A stretch of DNA of 64,000 bases from a virus: IMG/VR virus record IMGVR_UViG_3300040807_001288, positions 1 through 64,000 of that record; one strand, given 5' to 3'. The first letter of the stretch is position 1; every line of letters begins with the position of its first letter. The notes beneath the pieces are model-generated. The model searched no databases, was not told where the DNA came from, and was given only the letters and a program-made list of their open reading frames with translations. The position numbers and the translations under genes were made by a program. This document shows, piece after piece, positions 57,345 to 64,000 of this stretch.

Positions 57345-60300
57345 ATGGCGTTTGTTTATACAAAAACTATAGGTGTAGGTAAAGACTACACTACGTTTAC
57401 CCTGGCTGAAGGAGATATAGTAAATATTCCTACATCTCCTGATTTAGTTGCCGAAGACGAGGCTATAGTTTTTGAAGTAGACGCGGGAACCTACAGTGAG
57501 TCCACAGTATTTTTTGATGCTGCGGTCAGTGGAGACGCTGATCACCAAGTAACTTTCAAGCCCGCTCCAGGCAGTGAGCATAATGGTGAGTTCGGCACAG
57601 GTGTAATTAGAGAGTTTACTGGTGGAGGCACTTACTCATTCGTCACTCAAATGAGTGATCTAGTATTTTCTGGTTTAACCTTCTCTCTGCCTGACAATAC
57701 TACCTATCTTCGCAGCTTGCTGATAGGTGAAGGTTCGGGTGTCTTTATTGATTCTTGTTTGTTTGATAATAAAAATAATAGAAACAGCTCAGAAACAGTT
57801 ACTAATGCGAATTGGGGAGTAACCTTTAGGAACTGTGTATTCAAGAAGCTGGAAAAGTATTCAGATGTTATAACTTTTACCGCAGGGGCAACTTACGAAG
57901 GAAACGCTAAAGTTATAAACTGTTCTTTCTTGGGAGAGTACATAGGAGAGAGGGCTTTTGCTGTAAACTTTGCTGGCGACCTTACGCTGGAGGTCACCAA
58001 CTGTATAGGTGCGATTGATCACGCATGGTATCAGACCGGAACCGGGACGCTTTCACTAACTGGAGGATTTAATTACTTCGGTCATAGTCAAGAAATTCCT
58101 GAGGCTATTCGAGGTCCTCTGCGTAGAATTTTTGCTACTCCTGCGATAACTTGTGAAGATTTCAACGCGATGATTCACAATGTTAGCTCTATGCAGTTAT
58201 TCGATGTTAGTGGGCAAAAGATTACTGAGACTTCAGGCGCAGGTCCCTCTGTATCTTCTCTTTCTGTTCCAACCACTGACCTCGTAGGCAATCCGAGATC
58301 TGGTGCCACCACCCTTCCTGGAGCCTGGGCTACGCTAACTTCTTCTTTAGGTGAGTACAACAATCCTACGGAGGTAATAAAATCCATAGGAACAAATAGT
58401 AGAGACTATGCTACCATAGAACTTGCTGTTGCTGACATAACAAACGTCGCTGTGGCAGAGTTTGGTGGGCATAGTTTTGCTGGTTACAACGGAAAACTAA
58501 TTTTTGAACTATACAATGACTCTGTTTTTCAGTTAGCTTCGAATATTACTGTGTTTAATAGCACTAGACCTTTTCAGTGTGATCAGACAAGAAATATAAC
58601 TTTTAGGCCAGCCGTAGGAGATCAGCACACAGGTATTGGTGGTACAGGTGTGCGGATAATTAATCCTAATTCCCAAAATTCGACGGGCATAACTGCGGGA
58701 GAAAACTTTATGATTTTCTCTGGGTTGTCATTTGATTCTAATGACAACGGCTTCTCTTTTAATGCGCTTCCTTCTTATTTAAGTCTGATTCATAATTTCC
58801 GCTATAATGTTCACTTACCAATAGCCACCCAAGGAGTTACTTTTGTTAACTGTTTCTTTAATCTTCCTGAGTCTATTGCATCAACTCAATCTAATCTTAA
58901 TGCACTTCAACTAGGGTCTATAGGAAACTTAAGTGATGAGTACCGTAAATATGCTAAGGTAGGCACTGAAACGTACCCAATCATAATAAAAAATAATGTA
59001 TTTCATAGGTGTGCTTGTGGATTAAACTCACCTAATTATGACACCGGACCCGATGTTCAGGCGCACTACCATTTAGTTAATAATACGTTAATTAATGATG
59101 GAAACATTTCGACTCAATCTCCGTTAAGAATCGGTGCTGGAGCGTTAGGCAACACTTACGCTCTTACTGCTGTAAATAATTTTATTCTTGTTGGAGAATC
59201 GGAGCGGCCCATAGGTGGATATGGTCCGTCAGCTATTTGCACTTTTGTAGGTTCAAACAATTACGCTTCTAATCCAACCAATAGACCTGCTCTTCCATTA
59301 CCCCCCTTCAACGGCACTTATACATGGCCCACTTCACTTCAAGGTAGTCCAAACCCAATACAAAAAACTACTCTCTACGATCCCTCCTCTGTTTCTGGCG
59401 CGGGTGACTACGGGATCTATGTCAAGAGCCGTGGTATTCTATTAGACAGCCCCCAGAACTCCCTTGTAAGCGGTGGAGTGGGTCCTGACGTAAGTTCTAT
59501 AGTTCCCACGACGGATATCCTAGGCAACCCAAGAACAGGCTCCTCCGTGAACCCAGGGGCGTATGCGAACACTAGTGAGACTGTTAGAGTTGTTAGAAGT
59601 TTAGGGCACGAAAAAAATTACAGCACATGGAACCTGGGCATAGCTGATATTAGTGACATTTTATTATCTGACACAGAAACTTCAGCTTATGGAACGGACA
59701 GCTTACTAGAAGCTAACTGTGAGTTAGTTTTTGAGGCTTTTAGTTCTACGCCCAGTCAATACGGGGCATACACAAGATTAGATTTACCTTTTTACGACAC
59801 AGATAAAACACGTCGGCTTCAGCTAAGTGCCACAGCTTCGCAAAGGCATCGAGGTAGGTTTAATACTGGAGTGAGTTTTTATGTAACAAGTAGTCCAGCC
59901 ATTAGATGCCGAGGATCAAACTGGACTGTTGATGGTATTTTTATAAATAATGGCACTCCTATTGGAGATGGTTCTGTAGAGCCTACTGCTTTTGCTCCTG
60001 GAGATAAATGGTTTGAAACATACCCTTACGATAGCGTTGCTTCTGGCGGTCTTTTTGGGATACATTTAAAAAATATATTTGTTAGCAATCCTTATCAAGT
60101 CTATTTTAACACTGACAATAGGACCGGGGCAAAACGAGCAACTTTTGTTAACTTAAATAATTTAGGTTCAAGAAGCAATCCCATAGTTGTAGAAAATTGT
60201 GATTTTTTAGGAAATTCTCAGGCTGTTGATATTGTTAACAGTCCCACAGGATCAGGCAAAGAAACTCACGTTAGGATTGTTAATTGTAATTTTAATTCTC

Positions 60301-63300
60301 AGTGGAGAGGAGGTCCACACGGACAAACTTTAAGATTCATTGGACGTAATAATATCTATCCTTGTGTTACTTATGCTGATATAGTAAACTGCACTCATAC
60401 AACAAATACAACAAATTCCGTTCCTAGGCCCGACGGATATAATGAAGGGAACGGCACGACACAGGTTCTGGGTGGAGGGGGCGCGGACATATACTACGTC
60501 ATGAACTCTGCTACCGAAGAAGAACTTCAAATAACTGGTGGAGGAAACTTGGGGCGATACCTAAGTCCCTCTTCTACCTTACTTAGAAGTTTTGGTGATT
60601 ACGGTATTGGAGAAGCGATTCAGCCATCGAATGAATTCGATGGATCTAGTGCGGTATATAGACAACTTCAAGAAAACAACTGGCTTCGTTACTCTCCAAG
60701 TTTATATGAGCCATCAGCAGGGCAGTATCTCGCTGCGGAACGTGCTGAGGAATTATACGATACTGGGGGAGGATTGCTAATAAGCAATACAATGACACTG
60801 TTGTCGGGGACAGGCAGATCGTTAGCCTCACCACACAATAATGCTGTAGGGAAAGGGCTATCTCATGAGGTTTGCTCTATTGTTCCCACCACAGATATGC
60901 TGGGCAACCCAAGAGATGCGTCTAGTATTTTAGTTGGGCCTTATTCCGTAGGCGAAGAAACGGTAGAAATTGTCCGCACAGTTGGCCCAGGACAGCAATA
61001 CTCTACGATGCCACTAGCAACAGGGGATATTGTAAACATCTGTACCAGTGCCGTTGAGCTATCCGCACAACCAGAACGGTTGGGAACTAATCTTTTCATG
61101 ACAAACAAAAGATTAGTCTTTGCTCTTTCAGGAGAGCTTGGACATCTTGACAGTGCAGTCAACACCTATAAAGGTACAGTAGTCACTGATCCAACTAGAA
61201 ATATAGTTTTCAGTGGAGTTGATAATCATAACGGTTATCGAGATCAAGGGTCTGTCCTGGCTGGAAGCGGATTCATAGTAAACAACAATATTGAACATAC
61301 ACTCTTTAAAAATATCCAATTTAAAGACTTAAGGGGCACAGGTGGTGGCTATCAGCTTTTCACCTCCAATCAATTTGAAGAAGAGGGAACGATAGGAACA
61401 ACATTAGATGGTTGTTTGTTTGTTCTTTCTGGAACTTCTAACCCTAGAATTATATCTCAAGGGTACAGGACAAAAGACTGCGGAACATACAGATATCCTT
61501 TCACCATTAAAAATTGTGTCCTAAGGACTGACCCCACACAAAATGTTCAGGGGGGTGTTTTGTATGGGAGCAATGCGGCTAGTGGTCACTTCTTTCATAT
61601 AGAGCTTATTAACAACACGTTTGATATAAAATCTAACGCTTATGCTGTTGGAACTACTTCATTTACAAACTATGATAAAGCCTTAATACGAACAATAAAT
61701 AATTATAGTTTTGGTCATGGTAACAGTAACTCTCCAAACTCAAATACCTCTAATGTTTACTATCCAACAACGTCTGGAAACTGGATTAACGGCTATCTAC
61801 CTGATAGGACTTTTGGTGCTGGGACCACAGTTTATGGAGAATCTAGTAATGATAGATGGTCCCTCTCTGCGCTAGAGCCAAGTGCTACAGATAATCCTTA
61901 CTACTCAGTGAGGACATCAAACTTTGTAGATTATAAAAACAATCTAATTAATGAAACAAAAGGCGTTGGTCCTGCTTCTAGCACATACATGGGAGTTCTA
62001 GTTCCCTCGGAAGATATTTTAGGTAATCCAAGAACAGGCACCACAACTCTTCCTGGAGCTTATTCCGTTCCCGAATTAAATACTATCAGCAGGAGAATAT
62101 CAAAAACGGACACAGGGCCTGACGTTTATAGTACATTCACGTTGGCTGAGGCCGATATTGTAAACATAGCTACAAGTGCTGTAATAAACGATGAGGTAGT
62201 TAATAAAGATCTCATTTATCATAACGCTGAAATTGTTTTTGATGTTGATGCTGGCGAGTATGTAGAAGATTTCCGAATAGATCACAGCACCGATATACCA
62301 CAAAAAGACTATGCTCGTAGGATAACCTATACAGCAGCCAGCGATAGCGGACATCAGGGGTACGACAACAGTGGTGTTAGGATTGTGTCTGTTGCTGGTG
62401 CGGTTGGAAATCACGTTGAAATAAAGGACAGTTATACTACGTTTGATAATTTTGTTATCCATAACATAAATGAATCTCTCACTCAAACAAAAGTTAACTT
62501 TACTGTTAAGTCAGGTCCTGTAGGTGTTATAGTAAAAAATAACATTATAGAAACATTTAATAACAGGCAAGCAGTTAGATTAGGGCAAGACTTTGCGGGC
62601 TCTGAGTATGAGCCTATAGAAGTTTTTAATAACGTAATCCGAGCAGACAGAAGTAATAATCAATACGCCATATACATATACAATAATAGCAGCGGAGATC
62701 TATACACTAGGTTGTTAAACAACACTGTACTTGGTAACGTAAATATCCCTGCAATAGGCACTGCCGCAGCAACTATAGGAACTTCAGTTGCTCATGAAAT
62801 GAGTAACAACCTCGTTCTAAGTGATCGAGCGACTGCCTTCAACGTCATCCCTACAGGAGAAAACAACTTTGGACCCTCTGTTCAAGCATGGCCCGTTGCC
62901 ATTCAAGGATCTCCCTATCCAATAACACCAACCTTCTCAATCACCGACCCCTCATCCAGCCCATCAACGGACTTTGCGGTGTACATGGGGGTAACTAAAG
63001 CTTTAATAGATATGTCAGGCAACGCTGTGTGGCAGAAAGGTATGGGACCAGCTTCCAGTACCCTCGTACCTACTACTGACATCTTAGGCAACCCTAGGAG
63101 TGGCCTTACTGCAAACCCAGGAGCGTTTGAACTAGACGGAAACTTCCCTGTTATAGAGGTTCTAAGAACAATTGGACCGAGTAGAGATTATTCTACGTTT
63201 AGTTTGGCTGAGTCGGATGTTGTAGATATTGCTACTAGCGCCATTGGTGGCGAGGATCTAAGATACTACAACGGAAAAATAAAATTTGAGGCGGACGCGG

Positions 63301-64000
63301 GGACGTATGCGGAGAGCGTGAGCTTCAACAGCTCGTTGACGACGGACGCGACTCGCAACGTCACCTATCGTCCAGCAAGCGGCAGCGAGCACGGGGGGAG
63401 CCTTAGCTCGGGCGTGATTGTGAGTGGCTCCAGTGGAAACACGGCAGGGCTCTACGACGACTTTATCCACTTCGAGGGCATCGTCCTCAAGAGTTCCGCG
63501 TCCTACGCCCTCGCAATCGGCGCGGATGGAGTCACCGTGGACGGTCTAGTTCTGGCAAACACGAACTCGGACGTCGCGATCTTTCAGAATGGCACGGCTC
63601 TGAACCCCGTGCGCTGTCTGAATTGCGTCGCGCACGCGACCAACGGATACGGGTTCTATATCTTCGGGACGAGCACAGCGGCTCACGTTCATCTGGTCAA
63701 CAGCACGGCGATCGTCTCCTCCGGCAGCTATGCAATTCGCAACTATGGCAGCGCCGCGAACCTGACGCTAATCAATCACCTCGGGCTCGTGACAAGCGGC
63801 GCGGCTTATCAAGCAGTCGCAAGCCCGACGATCACGGGGAGCAATTGCTTCTCAACGGGAACTGGCCCTTTCCCCGCCGCCATCCAAGGCTCCCCTTATC
63901 CAGTTACTACTACGACCAGACTTGATCCTTCTTCTGTTTCTGGTGCTGATGATTATGCAATCTTCCTACCAAGAACAGGTCAGTTGGCTGACGCTGAACA
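57345..64000 (+). CDS. giant (>2200 aa, 3'-truncated) tandem beta-helix repeat protein, putative multi-module tailspike/depolymerase
   Basis: ATG 57345 (MAFVYTKTIGVGKDYTTF). The stretches I translated are open and the ORF track lists no stop-terminated ORF in this frame, implying it runs off the window. Five complete modules end in VP(T/S)(T/E)D(I/L/M)(L/V)GNPR; a sixth is incomplete. Confidence 0.85.
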   Translation, partial: MAFVYTKTIGVGKDYTTFTLAEGDIVNIPTSPDLVAEDEAIVFEVDAGTYSESTVFFDAAVSGDADHQVTFKPAPGSEHNGEFGTGVIREFTGGGTYSFVTQMSDLVFSGLTFSLPDNTTYLRSLLIGEGSGVFIDSCLFDNKNNRNSSETVTNANWGVTFRNCVFKKLEKYSDVITFTAGATYEGNAKVINCSFLGEYIGERAFAVNFAGDLTLEVTNCIGAIDHAWYQTGTGTLSLTGGFNYFGHSQEIPEAIRGPLRRIFATPAITCEDFNAMIHNVSSMQLFDVSGQKITETSGAGPSVSSLSVPTTDLVGNPRSGATTLPGAWATLTSSLGEYNNPTEVIKSIGTNSRDYATIELAVADITNVAVAEFGGHSFAGYNGKLIFELYNDSVFQLASNITVFNSTRPFQCDQTRNITFRPAVGDQHTGIGGTGVRIINPNSQNSTGITAGENFMIFSGLSFDSNDNGFSFNALPSYLSLIHNFRYNVHLPIATQGVTFVNCFFNLPESIASTQSNLNALQLGSIGNLSDEYRKYAKVGTETYPIIIKNNVFHRCACGLNSPNYDTGPDVQAHYHLVNNTLINDGNISTQSPLRIGAGALGNTYALTAVNNFILVGESERPIGGYGPSAICTFVGSNNYASNPTNRPALPLPPFNGTYTWPTSLQGSPNPIQKTTLYDPSSVSGAGDYGIYVKSRGILLDSPQNSLVSGGVGPDVSSIVPTTDILGNPRTGSSVNPGAYANTSETVRVVRSLGHEKNYSTWNLGIADISDILLSDTETSAYGTDSLLEANCELVFEAFSSTPSQYGAYTRLDLPFYDTDKTRRLQLSATASQRHRGRFNTGVSFYVTSSPAIRCRGSNWTVDGIFINNGTPIGDGSVEPTAFAPGDKWFETYPYDSVASGGLFGIHLKNIFVSNPYQVYFNTDNRTGAKRATFVNLNNLGSRSNPIVVENCDFLGNSQAVDIVNSPTGSGKETHVRIVNCNFNSQWRGGPHGQTLRFIGRNNIYPCVTYADIVNCTHTTNTTNSVPRPDGYNEGNGTTQVLGGGGADIYYVMNSATEEELQITGGGNLGRYLSPSSTLLRSFGDYGIGEAIQPSNEFDGSSAVYRQLQENNWLRYSPSLYEPSAGQYLAAERAEELYDTGGGLLISNTMTLLSGTGRSLASPHNNAVGKGLSHEVCSIVPTTDMLGNPRDASSILVGPYSVGEETVEIVRTVGPGQQYSTMPLATGDIVNICTSAVELSAQPERLGTNLFMTNKRLVFALSGELGHLDSAVNTYKGTVVTDPTRNIVFSGVDNHNGYRDQGSVLAGSGFIVNNNIEHTLFKNIQFKDLRGTGGGYQLFTSNQFEEEGTIGTTLDGCLFVLSGTSNPRIISQGYRTKDCGTYRYPFTIKNCVLRTDPTQNVQGGVLYGSNAASGHFFHIELINNTFDIKSNAYAVGTTSFTNYDKALIRTINNYSFGHGNSNSPNSNTSNVYYPTTSGNWINGYLPDRTFGAGTTVYGESSNDRWSLSALEPSATDNPYYSVRTSNFVDYKNNLINETKGVGPASSTYMGVLVPSEDILGNPRTGTTTLPGAYSVPELNTISRRISKTDTGPDVYSTFTLAEADIVNIATSAVINDEVVNKDLIYHNAEIVFDVDAGEYVEDFRIDHSTDIPQKDYARRITYTAASDSGHQGYDNSGVRIVSVAGAVGNHVEIKDSYTTFDNFVIHNINESLTQTKVNFTVKSGPVGVIVKNNIIETFNNRQAVRLGQDFAGSEYEPIEVFNNVIRADRSNNQYAIYIYNNSSGDLYTRLLNNTVLGNVNIPAIGTAAATIGTSVAHEMSNNLVLSDRATAFNVIPTGENNFGPSVQAWPVAIQGSPYPITPTFSITDPSSSPSTDFAVYMGVTKALIDMSGNAVWQKGMGPASSTLVPTTDILGNPRSGLTANPGAFELDGNFPVIEVLRTIGPSRDYSTFSLAESDVVDIATSAIGGEDLRYYNGKIKFEADAGTYAESVSFNSSLTTDATRNVTYRPASGSEHGGSLSSGVIVSGSSGNTAGLYDDFIHFEGIVLKSSASYALAIGADGVTVDGLVLANTNSDVAIFQNGTALNPVRCLNCVAHATNGYGFYIFGTSTAAHVHLVNSTAIVSSGSYAIRNYGSAANLTLINHLGLVTSGAAYQAVASPTITGSNCFSTGTGPFPAAIQGSPYPVTTTTRLDPSSVSGADDYAIFLPRTGQLADAE

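Noticed and set aside
63623-63925. Separate 100-aa ORF in the GC-rich patch
   Set aside because: An alternative-frame by-product of high GC; the main frame continues the beta-helix module.
57345-64000. Diversity-generating retroelement or invertase shufflon acting on the giant gene
   Set aside because: No reverse transcriptase or recombinase in the window, no near-identical TR/VR pair differing at adenines and no inverted crossover sites seen. Modules are diverged at all positions.
1-64000. Stop-codon reassignment, introns or inteins in terL/MCP/helicase, tRNA genes
   Set aside because: Core genes are full length and uninterrupted under the standard code, with TAA, TAG and TGA all used as stops. 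The intergenic gaps show no cloverleaf that I could recognise.

Overview
64 kb of a large T4-superfamily-like myophage genome (standard genetic code). Most of it is the virion morphogenesis region on the + strand: terminase large subunit, portal, tail-assembly chaperone with a probable -1 frameshift, tape measure, an apparently complete contractile-tail baseplate (gp48/54-, gp53-, gp27-, gp5-, gp25-, gp6-, gp7-like), fibres/spikes, prohead protease, scaffold, major capsid protein and neck gp13/gp14. Small blocks of non-structural genes are interleaved: on the - strand a glycosyltransferase, a ParB-domain protein, a 2OG-Fe(II) oxygenase, a UvsW helicase and a primase; on the + strand a Cas4-like nuclease. 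The first ~700 bp are the edge of an early region of tiny, apparently leaderless genes. The most notable signals are: (1) a portable motif, Y-x-x-(L/I/M)-G-x-x-(L/I/M)-A-E, shared by three small basic proteins and present twice in a ~390-aa extension of the prohead protease, a candidate capsid-loading and cleavage tag system; (2) a >2200-aa ORF missing from the ORF track (57345 to beyond the window end), built of at least six tandem beta-helix modules, the sixth with an in-frame GC-rich core; (3) a prolyl-hydroxylase-like enzyme and a glycosyltransferase near extensin-like Pro-rich virion proteins; (4) strong CCGG depletion; (5) overlapping convergent and divergent gene junctions. All protein calls come from motif recognition by eye, not from database searches. 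No tRNA, rRNA, CRISPR array, integrase, tail sheath or tail tube gene was recognised in this window.
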